Shown in pieces: positions 11,937 through 24,652 of a stretch of DNA of 64,000 nt. A program made the translations under genes and the position numbers. Origin of the DNA: Mayamaea pseudoterrestris (taxonomy: Eukaryota); assembly GCA_027923505.1 (NCBI GenBank), contig BROI01000017.1:1-64000 (forward strand), in the 5' to 3' direction. How positions within the stretch are numbered: position 1 is the first letter of the stretch; every line of letters starts with the position of its first letter. A model generated the notes under the pieces. It worked only from the letters and a program-made list of their open reading frames with translations, was not told the DNA's origin and ran no database searches.

Positions 11937-12390
11937 AAACTGGTCTCTTGCTTTCAGAGCCACAATCCACACGGTCTACATGTATTGGCTATGCGATCAC
12001 ACGACCACATAACTTATTAAACGATGTATTTATATAATATATCGTTGCAACAATGCTGCTCCATTCGCATCCCGACAATTTTACTTTGCGCGAGAGGAGA
12101 TAGCTGATTGAGTACCGCAAGGTGACGTCGTGTCGCAGCAAGCGATCAATGACTCGCCAAGCGTCTAAGTATCCGAGATAAAAGTATCTTTGCTTAAGTA
12201 TTCACGCGCCAGACCTTCTAGCTCTAACATTCATGGTTGTATAAACAATCCTTCTCACCAAGCAGATTTTCGCCGGAAGCGACTATCAGCGAGGCGGCAC
12301 CTCGTCGGAGGCAATCCAAGCAGCCAGCCTATTCCATTGATAGGCTCTCTGTGCACCTCGGTCAACATCTTGGTAACTGACAAACAAACC

Positions 12391-13404
12391 ATGGCTGCCG
12401 TCGCCGCCATTAACGACGCTGGACTATGGCTTCCAGGAGCAACGAGCAAGGAAGACAAGATTGAAAAGTGGTGGGAAGTGAACCGCAAGCATGATCCGCC
12501 TCTTTCGCGAGGCGCAACTCCCTTAGTCGAGCGTAGCATGCGAGTGCATGGATGGAGCGAGGCCTTTGCCAAGCGATGCCTCAAGGGATACAGACAGTTT
12601 ATGGAACTCAAATCGGTGATGAACGATTGGCAGGAGACAAAACTCGCACCTCCACTTGCCATTCTGCAAATGTGGGAGCAACACATTCTTGACAACCTCA
12701 ACTACACGGACGACTGCTTCCTCCTCTTCGGCAGAGTCATTGGACATGACCCTGATGCCATGGTCAACGAACGAATCACAATGGATCGCATCAAGACAAC
12801 ACAGATTGCCTTTCAAGCGCGCTATGGCAACGACCTTGACCCAGAGGTTTGGGAGTATGGAGCGTTCGAAGGCGACGGATTGGCGATTGACGCCGAGGAT
12901 CAGCTACGCCATCATGCTCCATCGACACCACGAGGACGTCTTCCCGTCGCTGGTATTGATCGTGCCGTCGGAGGAGTCTCGCCGTCGCCCCGGCCGACTG
13001 GACGAGCGGATAGGTCGCTTGTTGCCGACTCGCAGGACGAAGACCTTGCTCCGACACGTTCACGCTCGCCAACACGTCGACCGGCTCCAGTGGCGGCCGC
13101 CAAGCCTTCATCGGCTCCCAAATCTCCCAAGTCTCCGACTGGAAACGAGCCGATTACCATCTTTCTCCGCGACTCCAATTCGGGCGAGGAAACGTACTTT
13201 TCTTTGCGCTACCGATCAACTCTTCGTATCGTCTTTACCGTCTATGCGGAGCGCAAGGGACTGAACCAAGATACTCTCAAATTCAATTTCCAGGGACAGT
13301 CTCTCACAGGCTACGAGACGCCGTACAGCTTGGGCTTGGAGGATCGCGCGCGCATCGACGTGCAAGTAGTGGCCGCCGGAGCATCGCCTGCACGAAGGAG
13401 TTAA
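12391..13404 (+). CDS. GRDP-like domain protein with C-terminal SUMO/Rad60-like ubiquitin-fold domain
   Basis: The N-terminal region has Y.QF.ELK...APP...WEQHILD..NY..DC..LFGRVIGHDP. The C-terminal region has ITIFLRD..GEETYFSL..RSTLR.VF..YAERKG....LKFNFQG......ETPYSLGLED.ARIDV. Confidence 0.75.
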   Translation: MAAVAAINDAGLWLPGATSKEDKIEKWWEVNRKHDPPLSRGATPLVERSMRVHGWSEAFAKRCLKGYRQFMELKSVMNDWQETKLAPPLAILQMWEQHILDNLNYTDDCFLLFGRVIGHDPDAMVNERITMDRIKTTQIAFQARYGNDLDPEVWEYGAFEGDGLAIDAEDQLRHHAPSTPRGRLPVAGIDRAVGGVSPSPRPTGRADRSLVADSQDEDLAPTRSRSPTRRPAPVAAAKPSSAPKSPKSPTGNEPITIFLRDSNSGEETYFSLRYRSTLRIVFTVYAERKGLNQDTLKFNFQGQSLTGYETPYSLGLEDRARIDVQVVAAGASPARRS

Positions 13405-14334
13405 AGGATTGTCGGAGGAAAGTAAACTGACATGTTTGCAAGACTTGGAAGAACGTTATGGTACCGACGGGGGATGCGTAAAGGACAAACTGTTTGTCAT
13501 GCAGTATAACATATTAATCATCGTTTGTATTTGATCTAAAGTTGATCGTCTACCGTAGTTAAAGGAAGCCATGCACTACACCAGCTTGCTGGAAAATTGA
13601 CTTTGTTATACTACGAAGCGCATTGTAGCCAAGTGCCATTCTAACCGTACAATTCGAACGAGGGATATGATATCCACGGCATGGTGCTTGCGTTTTAAGA
13701 TGACGGTTGCCAATTGCTGCGCTAACTCTGCTTGCCATATCATTCTTGTCGCCCTTGGCAGATGCTGCTAGTCGCAAAATCCTCTTTCAGATTAATACTT
13801 ATCTTTTCTATCAGGTTGTGCCTGACTATCTGCCAGCTGCCCTCGCGGATAGGTAAGATGCCTGTACCTCATTGCTGCCGAGACTAACGCAAGCCTAACA
13901 TTTGGCAGTGCACCCAGCAGAGGGGAAAAAGCGCCACTCTACCCTCTTCCAACTGCTGCTGGTTTGTACAAATTTCATTTGCCCTATCACACATAAAGAG
14001 ACGAACATATCTTGTCGTTAGCCTCGTCCGTCTCGTTTTCTCTACCGATGCATCTGCGATTCTGCGTTGGAGTGTGGATGCTTCTGCGTTTGCTTCAAGA
14101 ACGGAACAAACGATATTGAACTTCAAGCGCCACGTGTCAAAACTGTACATTCTAACTGATACTCATATGTCTGACATATGAGGGCATATACGAAAGAACA
14201 GCTCAGTTGCTTCTCTGACTGCAACTCGACGAGTTACGTCGACTCTTCACAATTTCGATCCTCGGCATCCTTCCATCACACATCATATTGCTTGCCTGCT
14301 GCTACTGCTGCAATCGAGCTATTGGCAATACACC

Positions 14335-15425
14335 ATGGGAGTACGCCTCGCGGGGACGGTCAAGTGGTTCAGTGCAAAGAAAGGCTTTGGATTCATTGCC
14401 GCCAAGGTTAAGCAGGGCGATGCCGAGGAGCAGGAGGTGTTCGTCCATCAGACGAGCATATTGGGAGCCAACGATGGAAAGAGCTTTCGCACGTTGGTAA
14501 GTGCAAGTATCTTTATTTGGAATGACTGGTTTCATTTTAGCATGCCTATGTTTCTGATGCTGCATTTAATGTTTCTATTCGTTCCAGATTCCCAATGCCA
14601 CTGTCGAGTTCGAGGTCGAGCACGATGCCGACACGGGCAAGCCAAAGGCTCTCAACGTGACGGCTCCAGGCGGTCAGCCCATGGATCTTCCACAGCGACA
14701 GGTTCGTCGCACTCGCGCCAATGCCAAAGACAAAGAGATGCTCAACCCCATCAACGGAAGTGGGAATGCAACGGGCAAACCAAAGGCTCGTCGTCCAAAG
14801 AAGAAGAAGGACGCTGCACCCAAGGAAACGCCCTTTCATGCTCAACTCTCCGATGAAGTACGCGACGCGATTAAGAAAAAAGGTCTCGACTTGGACTCGA
14901 AAGGAACAGTTGACGTTTCCATTGGAGACGCTCGCGTCAAGCTTGGGCTCGGTCAATACGCGGGCTTGGCGCACAAGGATGGCATTGTTGCGGAAGGCAA
15001 TTACGCATGCGACCAAAATGGATTGGTGTCGATTACATGGGCAAAAGCTATTCGATTCCAAGACGGGAGTTGGCAGCCATTCGGCACCGAAACGCTGGTA
15101 AAGACCATCATGCTGACGGAAGGTATGTATGCTGAGTCAGCGAATGCGTTGTACGCTGACATCTGGGCACGTACATCCATCGCATCCGCATCGTAATGCG
15201 AGCATATATACATTTTGTTACTCACATCGTTCTTTTTTGTCCGATTTTGTAGAGACTGTCAGACCAGTTGAATTGGAGGAAACGCCGGAACTACTTTGGG
15301 GTTGCGGAAAGACGGATCCACGAGAAGCATTTGAGCTGAATGGATTTCTCATGCGGCGCGTCGTTCTGACACGTCCTCCTCGACAAGCCAAGGTGATTGT
15401 AGACGCTACTACTACAAGTGATTAA
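14335..15425 (+). CDS. Cold-shock domain nucleic-acid-binding protein (3 exons)
   Basis: GTVKWFSAKKGFGFI and EVFVHQT are the RNP1/RNP2 motifs of the CSD. Introns lie at 14497..14587 and 15123..15252. Confidence 0.88.
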
Positions 15426-16001
15426 TACAGTATCTATCTGATGCATTTAAATGTTGAAATGACAGGTTAGGTATGTAGCTGTAGCTCTGCGGTAGACTCG
15501 ATAGCAACAGTTTCAAAATGTCACCTGCGGCTGCTACATTTTCTCTATCGTATGGCTCGTTGCGCCAATTTATTTCAAGCAGATATTGTTTCGTTGTACG
15601 TTTACTGTAGTGTCTGTCTTCCGTCGCTTTTCGAAAGAGTCGTCGGCGACGAGAAAGGACGTTGCTGACTTTTTTGTCCTTCCCGTCTGTTATTTTACTC
15701 CAGCAGTCACAGTCAGCGCCAACTTCAAGAACGACAATTGTTCTTGAAGCAAATGATATTCAGCCAAACTGAAGGCTTTTTACTACTTCAAGTTAGTGTG
15801 CCGGTACGACTCCATCGAGGTCGATCAACGCTGCGACACGCACCATTCAAAAATCAAGCAACCACCATGACCGCATGCCTCGAGTCTTGCGCACAACAAA
15901 CCAAACGTCTGCGGAACCTGCCACACTGCCAGAACCACCAGTCACTGGAACAGCAATATAATCTCATTAATCAGTTTGCTACAATAATCCGTACAGTAAA
16001 G

Positions 16002-17514
16002 ATGACAGCCAAAGTCTCTGACGTTTCATCCATTCCGATTCCGTCCGCCTCGGACAATCCGCTCTTTACTACCAAGCCTTCGGAATGGACGACCAACATG
16101 ACGGCGTCAAGTCTATCGACGGCATCAGGAAACTCGTGCTTGGACGAACAGATTGAACGATTAAAGCGATGCGAATACTTGAGAGAAGGCGAAGTCAAGG
16201 CGCTCTGCTTGAGAGCGAGGGAAATTTTGGTGGATGAATCGAATGTTCAGCGAGTCGATGCGCCAGTGACGGTAGGTGATTTTGAGCTTGAATGAGTGAA
16301 TGAATGATTGAATGGAAGTGTAATTGACTGAATCATGTAGCAGCAGCGATAATGGCGTTGTATTTGGAGTTGCAGCGACTACAAACGAGAAGTAGAAACG
16401 AAGGACCGCATGAGCCTCTCACCTGTCACGCAATCTTGCTTCAACTGCCGTTCACTTCCAGATTTGCGGAGACATTCACGGACAATTCTACGACTTGGTG
16501 GAGCTATTCAAGGTTGGAGGCGAGTGTCCGCAGAAAAATTACTTGTTTCTCGGAGATTTTGTGGTGAGTAGCACCGTTGTCTATGAAAATGTTGCAGCTG
16601 TGCATGTGCTTCATCATTCGCTCGGTCTGTCGGCTCATACTCGCGGACTTGGCGCAAGAGCGATATGATTTTGTCATTCTGGCATTCTGGATGATATAGT
16701 TTCACGTAGCAGTATGCTCAATTACAAAACGCATTCCTTCTTGGACAGGACCGAGGATACTATAGTGTCGAAACATTCCTTTTGCTCTTGGCATTAAAGG
16801 TGCGGTACCCCGATCGCATCACGCTCATTCGAGGCAACCACGAGTCGCGGCAAATCACTCAAGTTTACGGCTTTTACGATGAGTGTCTCCGCAAGTACGG
16901 CTCGGTCAACGTTTGGAGGTATTGCACGGAGATATTTGACTACTTGTCGCTAAGCGCAATCATCGAGGACAAGATTTTTACGGTTCATGGTGGTCTCAGT
17001 CCAAGTATCAATACGCTCGATCAAATTCGCGTCATAGACCGCAAGCAAGAGGTCCCACATGATGGCGCCATGTGCGACTTGCTATGGTAAGGCATTCGTT
17101 TGTGTTCCGCGTGCCAGCAACAGTTTCGTGGCCCGTGCTCAATGCGACTTCTTTCTTTCTTAATTCATTGTACACTACAGGTCGGATCCTGAGGAGCTGG
17201 AAGGATGGGGCTTGAGTCCGCGTGGGGCAGGCTACTTGTTTGGTGCCGACATTGTGTCCATGTTTAACGAGCGCAACGACTTGGATTTGATCGCTCGAGC
17301 GCATCAGCTCGTCATGGAGGGCCATCGAAGCATGTTTAACGATGCACTCGTGACGGTGTGGAGTGCACCCAACTATTGCTATCGATGCGGCAACGTGGCA
17401 GCCATTTTGGAGCTGGATGAAAATTTGGAACGAAGCTTTAAAATCTTTGACGCAGCTCCGCAAGAGGCGCGAGGTGTGCCGATTAAAAACCCTCCGCCCG
17501 ACTACTTTTTGTAA
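16002..17514 (+). CDS. PPP4C: Serine/threonine protein phosphatase 4 catalytic subunit (PP2A-like family; 4 exons)
   Basis: Motifs GDIHGQ, GDFVDRG, RGNHE and [11 protein letters not shown], with a C-terminal PDYFL. Introns lie at 16272..16461, 16564..16748 and 17087..17180. Confidence 0.9.
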
Positions 17515-17669
17515 AGTGACATAAGTACTAAACGAACTGTTAATGCATTACGTCTCGCAGGTTTAACCTTTATTTTATAGAAGAAGCGAGTAGGAGCAGT
17601 CGCGTAGCGTTGTCAGAGTTGACGAGTTTATCCCAAGGCCGGCCATCGTCGGCAGCCGTCAAGTCAATT

Positions 17670-20600
17670 TCAATGCCTCGCATTGGGCGTGATTGACACG
17701 TACTCAGACGATGCTTCAAAGTTCCGCATAACTTCCGAGAGATCGTCGTGCTCGTCCGTCTCAAAGCCTTCAAACCGGGTCGATGGACGGAAGTTGCGAG
17801 GCCACCAACATACCGACGGTCCGACCAAGTTCATCGTTATGGGAACTATCATGAACTGAACTAGTATCGCGTCAACCAGAGAGGCGATTGCTACCAGGAA
17901 TAGACAGGTGCGCAATATCGGACTGCTGGAGATGAGAGCTTGACTAGCAAACACCACCGCAATTGCAAGCCCGACAGTCATCAAGCCATTCCTCAATTCG
18001 AACAAGCCAGCAGCAACGGCACTCTTGTGTTCAAACCCTCGCGTACGCAGCTGCACAACTCTTGACAAAAGTAGCGAGTTGTTTCCTACTGAAATGCTTA
18101 CAATCAAGATTGGTGCCAACAGAAGTATTCTCCAGTTCAACGTGCTCCCTGCAGGTTGAAATAAAAGACCCCAAACACCAAAAGAAACGTAAAGTGTAAA
18201 AGCGACACACGCGACGTTCAGCAAAGCCGCAAACATTGATTGATGACAAATAAAGGTAGCGACCATTAAAATCGTCATCACGCCATACATGGTGGGAAAC
18301 ATGGCAGCTCTTTGCACCGACATACCATGATGCTCGTCAACAGCTGGTCCTAAAAGCTGAACTTCGACGCCACGAAGTACGCCGCTCGCTTTTAGCCGCC
18401 GAATCGTTGTACAAGTCGACTCAAACCATTCAATGCCGTCTTCGGAAAATGGGTCAACGCCCAGCTCAACATTGACAGTCGTCGATAGAGTATCGTTGGA
18501 AGTGTACCATTCATCCAAGACGTTTATCGCGTGCAAAAGCTCAAACGGACACTTTGGCTTGACCTTGTTGCAAAACTTTGCAGTACTGTAGACGGAGTGA
18601 GGCAGTCGCGTATTATGCATAACAGCAATGCCATTGTAGAGGGCACGTCGATGGTGGACGTAATGGTGCTGGCTGCTGACGGTGGGACTCAAAGCAGCAA
18701 CATCAGTTGCGCCCAAGTTTCGAACCGCAATCTTTTCTGTATCGCTACAAGCTTCCTCCTCTTCCTCTTCGCCGCGAATGACTGCCTTGATGTGTTGCGC
18801 CAATTGCCTGGCTTCATTCGCCGTCATTCCAATGTGCGTCGCTCCCTGGCTGCGCCAGCCATCATGCTCTAGCGAGTGATCCTCCATTTGCTGTTCCTCC
18901 GTCGCCATGAGTTCCTCCACAACAATATGCATGACTTCAAAGGCTTGTACAGATGCTGTCATGGACATGTTAGCGGCATGTCCGTCAAAGACAAGTCGGT
19001 ATGGTGCCACATGACCCGGGCGCTGGAGCTTGTCGCGAACCACGTTCCAAGTCAAAAACGCGTTATTCCTTCGACTCGACAGCAACGAATCAAGCGAAAT
19101 GGTCGCATGCAAGTGCATAAAGGACCGACTGAGAGATACGCCTGCCACCAGCAGAAGAATGATAATAACCAACATTCCTCGACATGGATGCAAGAGTATA
19201 TTTTTGGTAATAACAAACCACATCGACTCGGGAGTTGCCAGCGAAACCTGCCGTTCTAAATAGTAACCTGGACTGAGTGGCTGAATGGGACTGCTCAATT
19301 CAAGATCGACATGTTCATCATCGTCATCTTCCTCGTCAATATTAGCGTGAGCATAAAACTCGGAGGTCGTTCGGATCAAAGATGATCGTTGACTCGACGA
19401 TGACGACGGTGACGTCGGAAAGGCTCCATAATCGTGTTCCTCCTCTTCCTTTGATTGTAAACGTATGACTCGTTTGAAGCGAGGAAGCAGCTTGGAATGT
19501 ACAACGATGGATGCTGATAAAAGCATTGCGACGGACATGCAAGCGGCATAGGCACGAGCGATGCATAAGCTTCCCAAGCAGACAAGTCCGGAAGTGGCGG
19601 CCCATGCATGGAACTCATGGTAGTTTCGTTTCTCCAAAGTCTCCTCAGCAATTGGCATGGAGTGATCCGAGTCATTGTACAAAACGGCAGCGTGAATCGA
19701 TGCGATGAATGCCAAAGAAGGAACCAACACTGACGTAATGCGCTCGGTTTCCACCGGGTCCTCTGCATGCACGATTTGACGCGAAAACATCATTATAGAG
19801 CACCAGAGCGTCATGGTCATTGTCCAGCCCGCAAGAATCGAAAAGACCGGTCCTCTGCGTCCTTGCCAGAGTTTGACAAATCGTTTCGAACGTTCATGCC
19901 GGTTCATATAGATGATTACTGCAGCAAGCATTGTCAAAACCAAGCCCGCAAAAGTCATTTTAACCAAGTCAGCCAGTAGATTGTTTTCATTAATCTCCAT
20001 CATGTAGTTCCATCCCGTCAAGTGAATGGTAAAGTACATGAGTGAACCTTGCGCTTGCTCAAAGTCCGCCGAGTATGTTTGCACCACACGCGCCAACTCG
20101 CGCATGACTCGAGTTGTCGTATTTGTTGCTGCTGCTGCTGCCGCTGCTGTGGTAATGGTAGTATTGACGTTCGTTTCGTTGGTATTGCTGGTGTCACTTG
20201 CGAATTGCAGCTTTCGCTTGACACGAATGGCAATGGTGGAAACGGATCCATCGAATGACGCCAGTGGAGGAGCAAGCCAGTGCAAGTCTTGCTCCTGCAG
20301 ACTATAGTAGCTGTCGACTCGAATGTCATAATCGTTATTGCCGTCTGAACGTGTAGTTGCATTCATGAGCAAGTCTTGTAGACCAATGGTAAAAGTGCGG
20401 GCCTGCGCAAGGGCAGGCGTGGATGGATCGAGCAGCGAATAAATGTCCTTGCTCGTTGCGTTTTCAATCGGATTTGCTTGAAGAACCACCAGCAGCGGAT
20501 CAGACCACAAGTCCAATCGTTCAGTCACTGATTGATTACCATTATTAGTTAAAAGTGATGGATTGTCGTGTAACAAAATGAGGCCTGAGAGGAGCGTAAA

Positions 20601-20984
20601 GGCTGTGATTACTATCGCTGCACGCCATGGTGACATTGTGCAACCTTTGAATCGACTCCTGGAATGCGACACATCTAGATCTTCGTCATCTCTTGATTGT
20701 AGTAATGGAGAATCTAGCTGGTGACTAGCGTTGCGATTCGGAGTCCCAATCGTTTGCTGCGTCCGCAAGTAGGCAAAAAATGACGGAGGCGATTGGACAC
20801 CAAATAATGATGATGATACTGACGATTCTGATGACGATACTGAAGCTTCGGGTGATTGCGGCATGGGAGAGTCCATTGGAGACGATAAAGGCGAGAGATG
20901 CGTCATGCTTTCATTCTCCATGGCTGTAGAATCGTCGTCGTGCAAGCTGCTGGAGCGACGAGCATGGCGGTGATAATGGCTCAT
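17670..20984 (-). CDS. MMPL/RND-superfamily-like multi-pass membrane protein
   Basis: 1104-aa ORF with two repeats of TM, large luminal loop and 5 TM. The C-terminus has LLSRV...A...GL...G..I..VF and DA.LV...IVP..M.L.G...WWP, typical of MMPL proteins. Confidence 0.65.
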   Translation of the reverse strand: MSHYHRHARRSSSLHDDDSTAMENESMTHLSPLSSPMDSPMPQSPEASVSSSESSVSSSLFGVQSPPSFFAYLRTQQTIGTPNRNASHQLDSPLLQSRDDEDLDVSHSRSRFKGCTMSPWRAAIVITAFTLLSGLILLHDNPSLLTNNGNQSVTERLDLWSDPLLVVLQANPIENATSKDIYSLLDPSTPALAQARTFTIGLQDLLMNATTRSDGNNDYDIRVDSYYSLQEQDLHWLAPPLASFDGSVSTIAIRVKRKLQFASDTSNTNETNVNTTITTAAAAAAATNTTTRVMRELARVVQTYSADFEQAQGSLMYFTIHLTGWNYMMEINENNLLADLVKMTFAGLVLTMLAAVIIYMNRHERSKRFVKLWQGRRGPVFSILAGWTMTMTLWCSIMMFSRQIVHAEDPVETERITSVLVPSLAFIASIHAAVLYNDSDHSMPIAEETLEKRNYHEFHAWAATSGLVCLGSLCIARAYAACMSVAMLLSASIVVHSKLLPRFKRVIRLQSKEEEEHDYGAFPTSPSSSSSQRSSLIRTTSEFYAHANIDEEDDDDEHVDLELSSPIQPLSPGYYLERQVSLATPESMWFVITKNILLHPCRGMLVIIILLLVAGVSLSRSFMHLHATISLDSLLSSRRNNAFLTWNVVRDKLQRPGHVAPYRLVFDGHAANMSMTASVQAFEVMHIVVEELMATEEQQMEDHSLEHDGWRSQGATHIGMTANEARQLAQHIKAVIRGEEEEEEACSDTEKIAVRNLGATDVAALSPTVSSQHHYVHHRRALYNGIAVMHNTRLPHSVYSTAKFCNKVKPKCPFELLHAINVLDEWYTSNDTLSTTVNVELGVDPFSEDGIEWFESTCTTIRRLKASGVLRGVEVQLLGPAVDEHHGMSVQRAAMFPTMYGVMTILMVATFICHQSMFAALLNVACVAFTLYVSFGVWGLLFQPAGSTLNWRILLLAPILIVSISVGNNSLLLSRVVQLRTRGFEHKSAVAAGLFELRNGLMTVGLAIAVVFASQALISSSPILRTCLFLVAIASLVDAILVQFMIVPITMNLVGPSVCWWPRNFRPSTRFEGFETDEHDDLSEVMRNFEASSEYVSITPNARH

Positions 20985-21350
20985 TTTATGACGCTGTTTT
21001 CACTGGCACTCGTTTCATACTATTGCCTTATGAAGAAGTTTTCACTGGCACTCGTTTCGTACTATTGCCTCGTGGCGTAATTGACACTGGCACTCGTTTC
21101 GTATTATAGCCTTATGAGTGAGTTTTCATTATCTGTCGATTGAACTAACTTGATGACGCTGTTTTCACTGGCACTCGTTTCATACTATTGCCTTGTGGCG
21201 GAGTTTTCACTGACACTTGTTTCATATTATTGCCTTATGACGTAATTGACACTGGCACTCGTTTCATACTATTGCCTTATGACGTAATTGACACTGGCAC
21301 TCGTTTCGTAGTATTGCCTTGTGAGCGAGTTTTCATTGGCACTCGTTTTG
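20985..21350 (+). repeat. 42-bp minisatellite array, family A copy 1 (~8 units)
   Basis: The unit is approximately gacgctgttttcactggcactcgtttcgtactattgccttat. One unit is disrupted at ~21120-21150. Confidence 0.93.
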
Positions 21351-21739
21351 CTGCTTTGAGGTTCCACCAGTCCTTCGAAAAAGCAGCAATCGCTGCTGTC
21401 ATTATTTTGCATCTGTGGTTGCGTTGATACCTTCTATGACAACAATAGATGCATACCATAACACTCTTCTTCGTCGTCTTCGTTGGCTTCTGTCCTCGGA
21501 AGCTTTAGTGATACGATGTTACAAATGTTTTATGCTCGCAAGTCGCATCAGTCGCATCCATTACAAGAGCAAATCGGTCGCCCAGAGCTCACAGTCAGGA
21601 TCTGTGACACTCTTGGAGCTAATGTGGATAACGTTGCGTCGGAAAGTCAAGTGTTGATGGTAGGCAGCGTAGCGAATGATGGACATGGGTTTCGTCGTCT
21701 GGCGATTGTTGCCGCTAGGTCCGACGCGAGGTGAATGCA

Positions 21740-24652
21740 GCTGCAGCTCCTCCTCTATTCCTCTCTGCAACACATGCCGATATAAACTGCAGAGCTTTCG
21801 ATTAAATTTAGTTCCGTAGAATATGCTTTCGCGTCAAACATTGACGACACAACTGGCAATATGAAAGCTATGCCATCATCGGCCACAATACACGAACCCA
21901 CCAAACACACAAGAAACCCCCCCCGGGAGGCGACCGCTCTGGCAATCACACATTTACGTGACAGCAACTCAGTTGAAGGGGCTATGATGCGCATTGCACT
22001 GCGCAATAGGCAAATGGAAGCCGGCACACGACGATTATTACTGGAAGAGCCAACTCAGCATATACCATATCTTGCACCTGGCTGGATACCAAATCTACGC
22101 AATTTCTTGGCAACTATCGACCACTCCCTACAAATACCAACAGAAACTGAGCAGCCACTGCCGCGAGATGGGGATTTATTCATCATGGATGAAGTCACAA
22201 GATACACAACTAATCCCACACAGCTCGAGCGCATCAACGCATGTCGACTTTACCTCCAAGTAACATTTCTGTCGGAAATTTCAACCACGGATGGTGAAAA
22301 ATTGGATGACTCTTATCTATACGACACAGCAACGCCACGCGTCAATAAATTAAATTGGCCACAGCAGCAAAAGCCAGGCAGAAAGGGATGGACACTCTAC
22401 CGCAAAGCGATAACAACAACATTTGCCAAACCACACTACACAGGCAAGAATCGCGAATTACGCCACCCATTAGGATGTTGGCTTCTCCCGGTAAACAAAC
22501 TGGCTCAACAGTGGGACTTTGTTATTGATCCAGACAATGCATTCCTCTATCGACGGAGCGGTTCAGACTGGGCAATTCATCCACAAATACCGGTGGTGAG
22601 CCATACCCGGCGCTCAAGTCGCACAAGTTTTCCTGGCCAGTGGTTCAGTGAGCATGCTACTGGCAGCTGCCAGGATATTCCGCACAATAGCGTACCGACT
22701 ACTGCCCACCTTTGCGGACATCATTTTGCAACACCAGTCCCTGGACATTACACACCTCTACCGCTAACAGCAACGTATTCTACATTTAGCCAGTACCTGC
22801 AGGACTTCCCATCTTGGGACAAGGGACTACAACAATACACCACTGTTTCTTGGACGGACCAAGACTTTGCTACGAAATTACGTCAAACTACTAAACTTAT
22901 CCAGTGCAGCGACGGTGGCGTGAAAGATGGACTCGGGTCATTTGGATGGATCTTGGCAGTCCAGGACACAGAGGAAATTATTGCCCAAAGCAAAGGTCCT
23001 GCACACGGAGACTCCGAAATGATGCACTCATTCCGAGCAGAAGGCTATGGGGGCATTTCAGCTACCCAATTTCTCACCCATGCAGTCACATACTTCAATA
23101 TACCACGCCATGAACGAGTTTTCCAGTGCACATGGATATGCGATAACTTGGGACTCATCAAGCGCCTGCAACGACTTCAGTCGAAGATACCTTCCACCGG
23201 GCTGAATCTCAAGGCCGATTCCGACGTATGTCAACAACTATTTCACACAATAAAGGAAATACCAAATCATCGCGTCCAACACGTTAAAGGGCACCAGGAC
23301 AAACCAGGCGCCAGACTCACTTTTGAAGCCAGACTGAACGTCATCGCAGATTTACAAGCTACCCAATACTACAACGAGGTGCACCAGCCGGGTATGAAAC
23401 GAAATATCCATGCAGCATATGCCAAGGCCGAGCAAGTCCCATGTATGCCACATAGCGGCGCCCAATTGTTCAATCTACACAACACAACCCACCCTCGCGC
23501 AATTACATCTCGCATCCGTGAACATCTGCGACACGCAGCGTTAACCCCAGATTTACGCGAGTATATGATTAACAAGTATGGGTGGAATGAAACAATCCCA
23601 GATCTGATAAATTGGAATGCATACGCCAAAGCCAGAAAGAAATTACAATGGAGTCAATTCGCAAAGATTGCAAAACTGTCAAATGAATGGGCGGCTACGG
23701 CGGCTTTCTTGCACAAGCAAAATCCCGACGAGACGGACCAATGCTGCATGTGTCTCCAGGTGGAAGATGCTAATCATGTGCTCACGTGTAAGAGCAGGCA
23801 ACAAGCGCAGACGCAGTACCTCATCAAAATGCACACAATGCTAGCTACTTATAGAGTGCACTACAACATTGAATCTTCCATCATGCATGGAGTCAGGAGC
23901 TTCCTTGGCCTCCCACCAGAACCTCATCATTGTTCATCCGATCAAATTCAGGAGGCATATACAACCCAAACATCAATTGGCTGGGACCGCTTTGTGTACG
24001 GGCACATTGGATCCGATTGGATGGCTATCCAAACAGAGCATGAAAGGACATTACCATTACTGTCACATGACAGGAAGCCCGAACAATGGGTAATTCAGCT
24101 CATCCAGCTGGGATGGGAATTCATAGGCGACGTGTGGAGGCAGCGCAACGAAGACAAACACGGCCGAGACGCCGCAAAAGAACGCCTCATGCAGGCATCA
24201 CTACACGCACAAATAGTTACAGCATACGATAAGAAAGAGAGACTCACTTTGCAGAGCCAGCGGTTCTTCACACGAACCATTGAGGAGAAAGGAGCAGAGG
24301 CCCCACACGAAATCAAAGCATGGCTTCGACATGTTACTAGGCTTATTCGAGCAGAAGAATTAACGGAAATACAAAGGAACAAAGAAGGCAACCAGGATAT
24401 ACGATCGTTCTTTAAACCCAGGGAAGGAGTAGGTTAAGGAAGGAAATGACCAGTCACTAAGACGGCGGGGCTTAGACTTGACAAATGGGACGGCGGGGCC
24501 CACATACATCTGTGAATCTATTGATCGCTTGTCACTACGGGTGGGGAGACGGTTTACGGGATAGCAGTATAAATATAAACATTTCTTAACTCTCTTCCAC
24601 TCGCGATGGACGACAGTAAAAGTGCGATGCATGGCCCTTACTACTTACTACT
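21740..24652 (+). mobile_element. Non-LTR retrotransposon derivative with RNase H and CCHC domains but no RT or endonuclease (ORF 21861..24437)
   Basis: 858-aa ORF. It has a post-RT region (LERINACRLYLQVTFLSEI), RNase H motifs (CSDGG, SFRAE, CDNLGL, HVKGHQD, LNVIAD) and a C-x2-C...H...C motif (CMCLQVEDANHVLTC). The 3' end has a short tail repeat cttactacttactactt. Element boundaries are approximate. Confidence 0.82.

Noticed and set aside
13559..14150. Short minus-strand ORFs upstream of the cold-shock gene
   Set aside because: No motif or splice pattern supports them.
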